Part shown: positions 19,186-28,665 of the stretch, piece after piece | How the letters are laid out: every line of letters begins with the position of its first letter | Position numbering within the stretch: position 1 is the stretch's first letter | NCBI GenBank assembly: GCA_046290225.1 | Contig: JBKAGE010000075.1 | Span: 256,001-320,000, forward strand | Origin: Bradymonadia bacterium | Lineage (GTDB): Bacteria; Myxococcota_A; Bradymonadia; UBA7976; UBA1532 | DNA length: 64,000 nt | Direction of reading: 5' to 3' | Position numbers and translations under genes: made by a program | Notes under the pieces: generated by a model | What the model saw: only the letters and a program-made list of their open reading frames with translations | Told to the model about the DNA's origin: nothing | Databases searched by the model: none

Positions 19186-20616
19186 TTGCGCAAGACCAAG
19201 ATCATCGCCACCGTTGGTCCCCGGACACGCTCACCTGAGATGCTCCAGGGCCTCTTCGACGCCGGATGCAACGTGATCCGGCTCAACATGAGCCACGCTC
19301 AACACAGCGACTCGGCGGCCATCATCGCCGACGCCCGCACGCTGTCCGATCGCGTGGGCATCCTCATCGACACCAAAGGGCCGGAGATTCGCACCACAGA
19401 GGTGGAGAAGCCCTTTACCCTCAACCGCGGCGAGAAAGTCATCGTCCGCGGCGAGGAGGGCGTCACCACACCTGACCTGATTCGCGTCACCTACGCCGGC
19501 ATGGCCCGGATCATGGACGAAGGGTCGATGATCCTGCTCGACGACGGCCGCATCGAGCTCGAGGTCGACGCCGTGGGCCCTGGCGAGCTGCAATGCACTG
19601 TGGTGCGCGGCGGCCCGCTGTCTTCGCGGAAGGGCGTGAACGTGCCCAACGTGAACGTGAAGCTGCCCTTCATGTCCGAGAAGGACGAGTCCGACATCGT
19701 CTTCGCCGTGCGCCAGCAGGCAGACTTCATCGCCGCCTCTTTCGTGAGCGACTCCGAGGACGTGCTCAAGGTCAAGGAGATCGTCGAGCGCGAGGGTGGC
19801 CGCTGTAAGATCATCTCGAAGATCGAGAGCCGTCTCGCTCTGAAGAACCTCGCGGAGATCATCCAGGCCTCGGACGGCATCATGATCGCCCGCGGTGATC
19901 TGGGCGTGGAGATCCGGGCGGAAGAGGTGCCCATCGTCCAGAAGCGGATCATCAACGCCTGCCGCCAGGCGGGCAAGCTGGTCATCGTGGCCACCCAGAT
20001 GCTCGAGTCGATGACCTACAACCCCCGGCCCAGCCGGGCGGAGACCAGCGACGTGGCCAACGCCATCTTCGAGGGGGCCGACGCGGTCATGCTCTCCGGC
20101 GAGACCACCGTTGGCGAGTACCCCCTCGACGCCGTGCGCACCATGAGCACCATCGCCGGGTACGCCGAGCGCGAGAAGGCCCGCCACGACGAGCCCGTGA
20201 ACCTCGGCAAGGCGCACCACGTCTCCGACCTGATCTGCAAGTCGGCTTCTCTCGCCGCCCGAGAGCTCAACATCAAGGCGATTCTGGTGCCCACGAGCTC
20301 CGGAAATACCGCCATCCGCATGAGCCGCTATCGCCCCACCGTGCCCATCCTGGCCACGACCCCGGAGATGGCTGTGGCCCGGAGTCTGGCCCTGAACTTC
20401 GGCGTGTATGCGCTGCCCACCCGCCACTTCGGTCGGGTGGAGAGCATGGTCAGGCGTTCGTGTCAGCTCATGGTGGACGAGGGGCTGCTCGAGCGTGAAG
20501 ACGTCATCGCAGTCGTGGCCGGTGTGCCCGTGGGTCGGTCTGGCAGCACCAACCTGCTCACCATCCAGCCCGTGGCCAGTTTGCTCGGGAAATCCTTTGG
20601 TGGTGGGGGCGGGTAA
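19186..20616 (+). CDS. pyk: Pyruvate kinase
   Basis: RKTKIIATVGP, RLNMSH, DTKGPEIR, IARGDLGVE, ATQMLESM and DAVMLSGET. TTG start after GGGGG. Confidence 0.97.
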   Translation: MRKTKIIATVGPRTRSPEMLQGLFDAGCNVIRLNMSHAQHSDSAAIIADARTLSDRVGILIDTKGPEIRTTEVEKPFTLNRGEKVIVRGEEGVTTPDLIRVTYAGMARIMDEGSMILLDDGRIELEVDAVGPGELQCTVVRGGPLSSRKGVNVPNVNVKLPFMSEKDESDIVFAVRQQADFIAASFVSDSEDVLKVKEIVEREGGRCKIISKIESRLALKNLAEIIQASDGIMIARGDLGVEIRAEEVPIVQKRIINACRQAGKLVIVATQMLESMTYNPRPSRAETSDVANAIFEGADAVMLSGETTVGEYPLDAVRTMSTIAGYAEREKARHDEPVNLGKAHHVSDLICKSASLAARELNIKAILVPTSSGNTAIRMSRYRPTVPILATTPEMAVARSLALNFGVYALPTRHFGRVESMVRRSCQLMVDEGLLEREDVIAVVAGVPVGRSGSTNLLTIQPVASLLGKSFGGGGG

Positions 20617-20694
20617 GAAAAATACCTACAAATTTGCCTTCGGTGGGTATGTGTATGACAGTGCCTACACATCCTACACGCCACGGAGGCCACC

Positions 20695-21111
20695 ATGACC
20701 GATCCTTTCGATCCCCAGATGCCCGCTCTGCCCCCCCGGGTCCACGGTGAGACCGCTGATCCTTTTGGTCCTGCGTCGCCGACGCCCATCGGTCGTGACG
20801 ACCTGCGCAGCTGTGGCCGGGTGCCCCTCGACATCTATGTGAACCAGGTCATCGACGGTCAGCCCTTCATCGCTCGGGCCCGTGACTTGAGCCCCTTCGG
20901 CCTGCGGGTGGGCTCGATTCTGACCCCCGAGACGCGTGATCGGGCGCGAATTGCCCTGGAGTTTATGCTGCCAGGGTCCGATGAGGTCATCTGGGCCCCT
21001 GTGGAGCCAGTGCACCGCAAGGGCCCTCCGGGAACCACGGGTTTTCGCTTCGTGCGCATGGCCCGCCGTCACGCCCGGATGATCGAGTCGTACATTCAGG
21101 CCGCAGCCTGA
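20695..21111 (+). CDS. PilZ domain protein
   Basis: RxxxR (RSCGR) and DxSxxG (DLSPFG) motifs, GFRF; GGAGG RBS. Confidence 0.82.
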   Translation: MTDPFDPQMPALPPRVHGETADPFGPASPTPIGRDDLRSCGRVPLDIYVNQVIDGQPFIARARDLSPFGLRVGSILTPETRDRARIALEFMLPGSDEVIWAPVEPVHRKGPPGTTGFRFVRMARRHARMIESYIQAAA

Positions 21112-21163
21112 GCGATTGCCTCTCTTATGAGGCGTCGAGCTGGCCCGGTCGAGGTCAGCCATC

Positions 21164-21478
21164 TTGCCCGTCTATACCCACCTCACCCCGCCGGGGTTTG
21201 CACTCGCTGAAGCGGCTTACGCGGCCGATGGCGCGTTGATCTTCGGTCGAGGGACCACCCTCACCCCCAGACATCTGACGGCGCTCATCGAAGAAGGGGT
21301 CACCCTCATCGAGGTGGAGCCAACGGGCGCGCAGCCGGAGATCCCCCCGTGGATCGAGGCCCCTGAGTTGTCCCGATGGCTCGAAGATCTCGAGCGACGC
21401 TTTGAGCGCGTGAAGGGCGATCGGCGGATGAACGCGCTGAAGCAGGCGCTGCGCAAGACGATGGAGGCCCGCCGATGA
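21164..21478 (+). CDS. Small hypothetical protein (resembles N-terminal module seen in HD-GYP/HDOD loci)
   Basis: PGFALAEAAYAADGALIFGRGTTLTPRHL..L..EGV pattern; TTG start; ATGA-coupled to the HDOD gene. Confidence 0.65.
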   Translation: MPVYTHLTPPGFALAEAAYAADGALIFGRGTTLTPRHLTALIEEGVTLIEVEPTGAQPEIPPWIEAPELSRWLEDLERRFERVKGDRRMNALKQALRKTMEARR

Positions 21479-22392
21479 CCGCCCTGGCATTGGAGCGGGA
21501 AGAGACGGGAGGGGCGCTGCTCGATCGCATGGGCCGCCGATTGCTCAAGCGGCAAATCGAAGCCCTGAAGAGTCTGCCGAGCTTCCCGAGATCGGTCCTC
21601 AAGATTCAGTCGCTGGTGGCTTCTGAAGGCGTACCCGAGACGGCCTTCAAGGAGATCGCCGCCATCATCGAGTCTGATCCGGCGCTGTGCGCCCGGGTGC
21701 TCAAGATGGTGAACGCTGCGTTCTACGGCACTCGCGGGCCCGTGGTCTCGGTCCTCGACGCCCTGGTGATGCTGGGCTTCGAAGTGGTGCGGGGGGTTTT
21801 GTTGAGCGCAGGCGCTCTGGAGGCCTTCGGCGCGAGCGGCGGCTTCCAGGCAGATCTCGACGGGCTCTGGGCCCACTCATTCGGCGCAGGCGTGGCGGCC
21901 TCTGCCCTCGCTCGGGTGCTGCGGATGCCAGAGCCGGGCATTCTGGCCTCGGCGGCGTTGATGCACGATTTGGGGAAGGTGGCCCTGATCACCCAGCTGG
22001 GGGACGACTACAGCGGGGTCGTGGCCTCGGCTGTGGAGCGCGGGGTACCGATTCGACAAGCAGAAGCGGAGATCATGGGGGTGACCCATGACGAGATCGG
22101 CCGCTGGCTGGTGACGCGGTGGCGGTTCCCCGAGCCCCTGGCCATGCCCATCGCCTGGCACCACACCCCAGAGCAGGCGGGCCGCTATGCAGAGTCGGCG
22201 GCGGTGATCCATGTGGCCGATTTGATGATCAGAGGCCTCGGCTTCGGGTTCCCCGGTGACTACGTGATGCCTGATCTCGACGTGAAGGCCTGGAAGCTGC
22301 TGAGCCTCAACGGCCGGAAGATCGAGCAGGCGGTGTCCATCATGCAGCGAGAGCTCCATGGCGCCATGGCTGCGGCTCAGAGGGTGGCCTGA
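21475..22392 (+). CDS. HDOD domain protein
   Basis: LPSFP, DPALCARVLKMVNAAFYG, LWAHS, LMHDLGK, HDEIG..WRFP and WHH. Confidence 0.92.
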   Translation: MTALALEREETGGALLDRMGRRLLKRQIEALKSLPSFPRSVLKIQSLVASEGVPETAFKEIAAIIESDPALCARVLKMVNAAFYGTRGPVVSVLDALVMLGFEVVRGVLLSAGALEAFGASGGFQADLDGLWAHSFGAGVAASALARVLRMPEPGILASAALMHDLGKVALITQLGDDYSGVVASAVERGVPIRQAEAEIMGVTHDEIGRWLVTRWRFPEPLAMPIAWHHTPEQAGRYAESAAVIHVADLMIRGLGFGFPGDYVMPDLDVKAWKLLSLNGRKIEQAVSIMQRELHGAMAAAQRVA

Positions 22393-24029
22393 TGCAGCGC
22401 CCGGACCTCGAAACACTGACCCGGGAGCGGGACGAGTTCGCCCGGGCGGTGGCTGATCTGACCACCCGCTACGAAGAGAAGGTGGAGGAGCTGTCGCTGA
22501 TCCGTCAGGTGGGCGATGTGCTCGGCGACACCCTCGATCTGCCCACGGTCTGTGTCCGCATCGTCGATCTGGTGGTGGAGGCGGTGGGCCCCGAGCACGC
22601 CTCGCTGATGCTGGTGGACGACGAGGGCGAAGGCTTGCTGCTCGCTGCGGCCCGGAGCGCCTTTGACGACGAGACGCAGCTCTATGAGGTGGCAGCGGAG
22701 CAGCCCCGGTTCGCCCTCGGCGAGGGGGTGGCGGGGACTGTGGCAGTGGAGGGCAAGTCAGTCCGGTTGGAAGACGCCCGCTCAGATCCGCGCTTCGCCC
22801 AGACTGCAAACGCGGACGCCGTGGTGCCCGTGTCGCTCCTCGTGCTCCCCCTCAAGGTGCAAGAGCGGGTGGTGGGGGTGATGAACCTGTCCGACTCGCT
22901 GCCCGGGGCCTTCGAGGCGCGACACGAGCGCCTGCTGACCATCGTGGCCAACGTGCTGGCGATGACGGTGGAGCACGCCCGGGTACACGACGCTCTCCGG
23001 CGCAGCCAGGAGGTTCTGGCGGTGGAGAATCGCCAGCTCAAGGCGGCGATCACGTTGGGGGCCGAGCGCTCGGGCCCCGTGGCGGATCTGGTGGGGTCGA
23101 GCCCGGCTTTTCGCCGGGTGGTCTCCCTCATCGAGCGCGTGGCCGATACCACAGCGAGCGTGCTGGTACAGGGGGAGTCGGGCACCGGCAAGGAGATGGT
23201 GGCCCGGGCGCTCCATGGATCAAGCGAGCGTGCCGAGGCGCCTTTTGTGGCCATCAACTGCGCAGCGCTCCCCGAGAGCCTGCTCGAGGCGGAGCTGTTC
23301 GGCATCGAGCAGGGCGTAGCGACTGGGGTGGACGCTCGACCGGGCACCTTCGAGCGGGCCCACGGCGGTACCCTCTTTCTCGATGAGATCGGCGACATGC
23401 ACCCCTCGGTGCAGGCCAAGGTGCTCCGGGTGATCCAGGAGCGCCAGGTGGTCCGCCTCGGGGCACGGCAGCCCACCCCCGTGGACGTACGCCTGATCTC
23501 GGCGACCCACCGTGATCTGCTTCAAGCGGTGGAGGACGGCAGTTTTCGGCAAGACCTCTACTATCGGTTGAAGGTGGTGCAGATCGAGCTGCCACCGCTG
23601 CGGGCCCGCCGAGAGGACATCGTGCCTCTGGCTCGCCACTTCATCGACCGCCTGTCGGCCCGCCATCGTCGCCGGGCCCCGAGACTGAGCCGAGCCGCGG
23701 CGCAGGCCCTGCTGGCTCACCCCTGGCCCGGGAACATCCGCGAGTTGGAGCACACCCTGGAGCAGGCGGTGATCGTCGCCGAGGGCACAGAGCTGGCCCC
23801 TGAGGATCTCGGCCTGGCACTGACGTCGGGGGAGGGGGTACGCCTGGAGCTGCCTGCAGAGGTAGAAGGGTTCCACGAGGTGATGCAGGAGGTGCAGGCC
23901 CTGGCGGAGAAGGCTCTGGTGGAGCGAGCCCTCTCAGAGGCCCGGGGCAACCGGACGCACGCGGCCCAGGCCTTGGGGATCGCCCGGCGCACCCTCATCT
24001 ACAAAATGCACGACTACGGCTTGGGCTGA
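22392..24029 (+). CDS. GAF-containing sigma-54-dependent Fis-family transcriptional activator
   Basis: GAF domain, GESGTGKE, ELFGIEQGVATG (GAFTGA variant), LFLDEIG, WPGNIREL and a C-terminal HTH. Confidence 0.95.
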   Translation: MQRPDLETLTRERDEFARAVADLTTRYEEKVEELSLIRQVGDVLGDTLDLPTVCVRIVDLVVEAVGPEHASLMLVDDEGEGLLLAAARSAFDDETQLYEVAAEQPRFALGEGVAGTVAVEGKSVRLEDARSDPRFAQTANADAVVPVSLLVLPLKVQERVVGVMNLSDSLPGAFEARHERLLTIVANVLAMTVEHARVHDALRRSQEVLAVENRQLKAAITLGAERSGPVADLVGSSPAFRRVVSLIERVADTTASVLVQGESGTGKEMVARALHGSSERAEAPFVAINCAALPESLLEAELFGIEQGVATGVDARPGTFERAHGGTLFLDEIGDMHPSVQAKVLRVIQERQVVRLGARQPTPVDVRLISATHRDLLQAVEDGSFRQDLYYRLKVVQIELPPLRARREDIVPLARHFIDRLSARHRRRAPRLSRAAAQALLAHPWPGNIRELEHTLEQAVIVAEGTELAPEDLGLALTSGEGVRLELPAEVEGFHEVMQEVQALAEKALVERALSEARGNRTHAAQALGIARRTLIYKMHDYGLG

Positions 24030-24616
24030 GGCGTCTTGGGCGCGGGTTTGGTCGGGGCTGGCTTCCGGGGCTTTCCGGGAACAGCTGCCTTGCCCTTGCC
24101 GAGCAGAGCGTCGATGGCCGCTCGCCCGCTCAGGGGCTCCATGGCGTCTTCTACGGCGTACTGCCAGAAGCCCTGCCCCTGGAAGTTGCCTTGTCGCAAA
24201 AAGAGGATGGCTGGGGCCTCCCACTTCACCGGAGCCGACGGGGTGTAGGCGGGGAAAATCGGCGACTTCCTGATGCCCTCCCGGTGGTAGCGGATGTGCA
24301 GATCGTACATGTCGGTCCACACGCCCGAGGCCACCTGCAGCGTCTCGCCCTTCGCGGGCACCGTGCCGCTGAGGGTGGTGTGGATCACCTCATCGATGAC
24401 CCAGCGGTCGTCATGGCGCACAAAGGCTTCGACCGCGGGGGTGCCCGGCACGGGCACCTCGAGCTTCACCCGGGTGGGATCAGCGCGATGGGCCACCACG
24501 ATGAGGCTGGAGTGTCCGACGAGCTGGTCGAGGGGCACCTGGTCGTAATGAATGCGGCTGGCCATTGCGGTCCCCAAGAGGCAGAGCGAGAGCGACAGAG
24601 CGAGGAGTGGCTTCAT
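24014..24616 (-). CDS. Secreted hypothetical protein (paralog 2 of tandem pair)
   Basis: Signal peptide; clearly similar to 24613-25224. Confidence 0.75.
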   Translation of the reverse strand: MKPLLALSLSLCLLGTAMASRIHYDQVPLDQLVGHSSLIVVAHRADPTRVKLEVPVPGTPAVEAFVRHDDRWVIDEVIHTTLSGTVPAKGETLQVASGVWTDMYDLHIRYHREGIRKSPIFPAYTPSAPVKWEAPAILFLRQGNFQGQGFWQYAVEDAMEPLSGRAAIDALLGKGKAAVPGKPRKPAPTKPAPKTPQPKP

Positions 24617-25224
24617 TTGGACGCGCCCTTCGGTGTGGGGGCTGGGGTGATCGTGGACGTGGGCCCCGTCTTGAGGGCCGCTTCGATGGCCGGGCGGCCG
24701 CTCAAGGGCTCCTGAGCGCCCGTGAGGGTGTAGCGCCAGCTGAGCTTGCCCTGAGACTTCTCGGGGCTGAGCATCAAGATCACCTTGGCTCCAGGCTCAC
24801 GGGGGATCGCCCCCGACGGTGTGTGGCTGAGCAGGGCCGGCGACTCCATGATGCCGTGTCGCTCGTACTCGACGTGCCCCGCCATCATGTCGCTCCACTC
24901 CGCTGGGGCCACCTGAATGGCCTCGCCCACCTGGGGCGCCGGCGCAGGGATGAGCTTCGTGGTGTGGTGCACGATCTCGTCCACCACCCACCGTTCGTCA
25001 TAGCGGGTGAAGGGCGGGATCTTCGGCGTGCCCTCTACAGGGATCTTCACCTCGACGGTGTGTGGCTCGGCCCGATGGGCCACGACGATGAGGGCGCTCT
25101 GCCCGACGACCTCGTCGAGGGGCAGGGGCGTCAGGAAGATCTGCGAAGCCATGAGGTACACCGGGGCGAGGGTGAGGAGCAGCCCGGTGAGCGCTGTGGT
25201 GCAAAGGCGTGTTCTGCGGTGCAT
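24613..25224 (-). CDS. Secreted hypothetical protein (paralog 1 of tandem pair)
   Basis: Signal peptide; shares PLD..VG.S.LIVVAHRA.P, RWV.DE..H and EPLSGR.AI.A.L with its neighbour. Confidence 0.75.
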   Translation of the reverse strand: MHRRTRLCTTALTGLLLTLAPVYLMASQIFLTPLPLDEVVGQSALIVVAHRAEPHTVEVKIPVEGTPKIPPFTRYDERWVVDEIVHHTTKLIPAPAPQVGEAIQVAPAEWSDMMAGHVEYERHGIMESPALLSHTPSGAIPREPGAKVILMLSPEKSQGKLSWRYTLTGAQEPLSGRPAIEAALKTGPTSTITPAPTPKGASK

Positions 25225-25286
25225 CGGTCATCCAGGGCGGTGGGCACAGCCCGTTCGGGCCTGCTGCAGACCGATTTGTAGCTCAA

Positions 25287-26696
25287 TCATTCACCGGCGG
25301 CGACGGTGTTGCCCGCAGGCAGCCCCTCGGGCCCGCTGAGCGGGTAGCGCAAGATCACCCCGTCGGCAGGCTCGTACCGCGCAGGGCCTTGGGCTCGGGG
25401 CAGGCCCTCGAGAGATCCGGCGGTCCATCCGATGAGCGCGACGCCTCCGAGAGAAGCTGTCACGGAGGTGGGCTCGTCGCTGCCCTTCGAGCGCACCGTG
25501 CGCCGCCACCGCATCTTGCCTTCAGTGGTGAAGCTGTAGAGCAGCCCGTCGGGCTTGTCGTGCAGGCCCGCAGCGCCGCCGACGTAGAGGTGTCCGTCAG
25601 GGCCCACGACGAGGCCGGCGCCGTACTCCCGCCGAGGTGTGCCGAAGCGCACGCTCCACTGGGGCGAGTTGGTCCGAGAGATGCGCTCGAGCACGAGATC
25701 GGCGGCGCCGAGGGGACCTTCGATGGCGCGGTGCCCCTTTTGAGCGAGGCCGAGCTGGTAGAGGTGGCCGTCGTCATCGAAGGTCAGGTGCTGGGGGGTG
25801 ATGTCGTCGAGAGCGCGATAGTGGGCCTTGGCCCGCTTACCCTTGGGGTCGAGGGTGAGCAAGAACGCTCGGTGCCCCTTGCGCTTACGTCGCTTGATGA
25901 GATCGCCGTCGGTGGTGCCGTTGACGTAGATGCGCCCCTCGGCATCTACGGCGATGCCCTTGCCATAGTCGTTGAACTGCGTGGGCACCCGCTCTGGATC
26001 GGGATCAGGTACGCCATAAATGTTGCTGAACGCCACCTCGCCCTTGGGCGTGAGCTTCAACACGAAGACATCCCAGCCGTTGTGGGCGCCGTTGTAGTTC
26101 TTGCCGGTGTGTGAGGTGCCGGCGATGTCCCCGCCGGTGTCGCCCACGAGATGGATCGAGCCATCAGGGCCCAAGGCGATGTCGGTGACAGTGGCGCGAT
26201 CGGACCGTGAGTCGGTGTGGTCGAAGTCCTTGCGCCAAATGGGCTTGCCCTCGGTGGTGTAGGCGGCAACGAAGACGTTCACCTGGAACCCGGGCCCGTT
26301 GGGCGGGCGATAGGCTCCAGCGACGATGACGCGGTCGCGGATGGCGTCGTAGACCACCTCGCTGGCGCCATTGGCTCGCCCGCTGGGGCTGATGGCCCGG
26401 CCCCACATGGGATTGCCGTGCACATCGAGCTTGAGCAGAAAGCCCCGGGAGCAGGGTTGATCTTCGGGGGCGCAGCGCGTCTGCCGGACCCACCGGCTGC
26501 CGGTGCTGCCGACGATGTAGAGGTGGCCCTGGTGGTCGAGGGCGCCGCCGAGGGTGAAGTCGAGGCCTTCGCCGCCGAGGGTGGTCACCCGGCCGCCGTC
26601 GTCCTGGGTGGTGTGATAGAGGGGTTGAGCGCTCGCGGTGAAGCCCGTGAGGCCGACCGCTGCGCTGAAGAGCGTCAGGAGGGTAGTGCGCATCAT
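25287..26696 (-). CDS. Secreted SBBP-repeat beta-propeller protein
   Basis: Repeats LDHQGHLYIVGST, LGPDGSIHLVGDT, IAVDAEGRIYVNGTT and DVFVLKL. Confidence 0.8.
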   Translation of the reverse strand: MMRTTLLTLFSAAVGLTGFTASAQPLYHTTQDDGGRVTTLGGEGLDFTLGGALDHQGHLYIVGSTGSRWVRQTRCAPEDQPCSRGFLLKLDVHGNPMWGRAISPSGRANGASEVVYDAIRDRVIVAGAYRPPNGPGFQVNVFVAAYTTEGKPIWRKDFDHTDSRSDRATVTDIALGPDGSIHLVGDTGGDIAGTSHTGKNYNGAHNGWDVFVLKLTPKGEVAFSNIYGVPDPDPERVPTQFNDYGKGIAVDAEGRIYVNGTTDGDLIKRRKRKGHRAFLLTLDPKGKRAKAHYRALDDITPQHLTFDDDGHLYQLGLAQKGHRAIEGPLGAADLVLERISRTNSPQWSVRFGTPRREYGAGLVVGPDGHLYVGGAAGLHDKPDGLLYSFTTEGKMRWRRTVRSKGSDEPTSVTASLGGVALIGWTAGSLEGLPRAQGPARYEPADGVILRYPLSGPEGLPAGNTVAAGE

Positions 26697-26761
26697 CTCG
26701 CCTTGTAGCTGGGTGTCGACAAGGAGAGGACGTCAGGTACGAGAAGAGATTCCGGAGGATT

Positions 26762-27220
26762 TCAGCTGTGCACCCAGGTGAACCGGATCCCCCCGAGCGT
26801 CATCCCAACGCCGAACAACAGCGAGATCCAAATCCACGCCCCAGCTCCGCTCACCTCCAGCGCCGCCTTCGTCGGATCGATAGGGTCGAAGTGCACTTGC
26901 ACAGCATCACCCACCTCGAAGCGATCCACCCCCTTGCTCGGCGAGCCACTTATGGCTGACATGTCATAGCGTTTTGACGTGTACGCTTTACCCGCCACCT
27001 CGTACCGATACGCAAAGTTGAAGATCGTACGGGGCTTCTCCCCGGAGATGACTTTCTTGTTCGAAGTCACCACCTCACCGGGCACGGTCTGCCATGTGTC
27101 CAGCTGGCTGCTGTCGTTGATCGTCCCCACAGCTCGGATGATGAAGAACACCCCGATGGCCACGAGGAAGGCGCCGCCCCCGAGAAAGTTCTGCAGTCTG
27201 GTACTGGCCTTCGACATCAC
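26762..27220 (-). CDS. DUF3592-like membrane protein
   Basis: TM - WQTVPGEVV..YRYEVAGKAY..GDAVQVHFDP.DP - TM architecture. Confidence 0.8.
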   Translation of the reverse strand: MMSKASTRLQNFLGGGAFLVAIGVFFIIRAVGTINDSSQLDTWQTVPGEVVTSNKKVISGEKPRTIFNFAYRYEVAGKAYTSKRYDMSAISGSPSKGVDRFEVGDAVQVHFDPIDPTKAALEVSGAGAWIWISLLFGVGMTLGGIRFTWVHS

Positions 27221-27574
27221 ATGCTCCTCTCTTTCAAGAGGACGGTCTGGTGCATGCTGACCTTGATGTCTGGACCCTCTCCGTGGGCCTCATACCCTCA
27301 TCGGGCCCCCGGGCCAGAAAGCGCACGCACGATAAATCGCAGGCACCACACGTTGTGCTCTGAACACGCAATGTCCGCAGAAAGCCCCGACATGGCACGC
27401 ATGTATGTAGGATGTGTACCTACGTGGGGCAGATGTGCCCGGCTTTGGTACGTGCAGAGTCACTGTGGGTGTCGATTCGCCCTAAAGCAGGCAAGGCGCA
27501 CACAGCCCTGAAGCCGAGCAAGTTCGACGCCGATAGAGTACAGTGTCGCATCCCCAAAGACGCAGGAGAGCTTC

Positions 27575-28642
27575 ATGAACCAACCTCGTCGTCAGAACAT
27601 GATCCGGCTCATGAGCTCAGTGGTCCACGGCTACCTCGGCCGTCAGCGTACGCTGAACCACCCGCCTTTCCGACTCTGGGTCGAGCCCACGAGTCACTGC
27701 AACATCGCCTGTCAGATGTGCCCTACGCCGGATTTCACCCGGGACATGAAGGGCTATATGTCGATGGAGGTGTTCCGGCACATCGTCGATCAGGTCTCGC
27801 CGTTCTTGAACGAGATCTACCTGTTCCATCGCGGGGAGAGCCTGCTCAACCCGAACATCAGCGACATGGTGGCCTACGCCAAGGCCGCGGGTATGTCGAC
27901 GAAGATCAACACCAACGTCACCCTGCTCACCGAGAAGCGGGCCCAGGCGTTGCTCGACGCCGGCCTCGATCTCATCAGCTTCAGCGTCGACGGCTACAAC
28001 AAAGAGGTCTACGAGAAGATCAGGCGCAAGGCGAAGTGGGACAAAGTGCTGCCCAACGCCCGGCGGTTCCTCGAGATGCGCGAAGAGGGTGGCTACAAGA
28101 CCCTCGCTCAGATGGAGGTCCTCGAGTTCCGCCACCTTTTCGAGTCCGACGCCGCCTTTGAAGAGGCTCAGAAAGACTTCTGGGCCTACTTCGAGCCCTA
28201 CGAGTGGGACAAGCAGATCCGCCGAGATCTGCACAACGTCGGGGGGAACGTCGATCTCGACGTGAACGACGGCTACACCCGCGAGAAAGAGGTGTACCAG
28301 CCCTGCTCCTACCCCTGGTATGCGCTGGCGATTCTGTGGAACGGCAAGGTGCACCCGTGCCCCCGCGATTTCATGGGCAAGATGCCCATCGGCGACGTGC
28401 GCACCGAGCACATCCTCGACATCTGGAACGGCGATCGCATGCGGCAGATCCGCGACGGGGTCATCCGCAAGGACTTCGCAGATCAGGAAGTCTGCGCGAG
28501 CTGTGATCAGCCCTACAAGTACACCCAGGTCTACATGGGCGTGCCTCTGGACTACATCCCCGCTTACTTCCGGGACAGCCCGCTGCGGTATGGCGTGAAG
28601 CGCATGCTGCAGGGCGTGCCCGGCCTGGGCGCTCGTTTGTAA
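27575..28642 (+). CDS. Radical SAM protein with SPASM/twitch domain
   Basis: CNIACQMC, GESLLNP, SVDG and C-terminal CSYPW...GKVHPC...CASC. Confidence 0.92.
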   Translation: MNQPRRQNMIRLMSSVVHGYLGRQRTLNHPPFRLWVEPTSHCNIACQMCPTPDFTRDMKGYMSMEVFRHIVDQVSPFLNEIYLFHRGESLLNPNISDMVAYAKAAGMSTKINTNVTLLTEKRAQALLDAGLDLISFSVDGYNKEVYEKIRRKAKWDKVLPNARRFLEMREEGGYKTLAQMEVLEFRHLFESDAAFEEAQKDFWAYFEPYEWDKQIRRDLHNVGGNVDLDVNDGYTREKEVYQPCSYPWYALAILWNGKVHPCPRDFMGKMPIGDVRTEHILDIWNGDRMRQIRDGVIRKDFADQEVCASCDQPYKYTQVYMGVPLDYIPAYFRDSPLRYGVKRMLQGVPGLGARL

Positions 28643-28665
28643 TTTAGCCGCAGAGCTGTGGGATC

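Noticed and set aside
27221..27574. Short ORFs as a RiPP precursor for the radical SAM enzyme; TGGCAC at 27393 as a sigma-54 promoter
   Set aside because: No convincing RBS or coding bias for the short ORFs, and the -12 GC is not at the required spacing.
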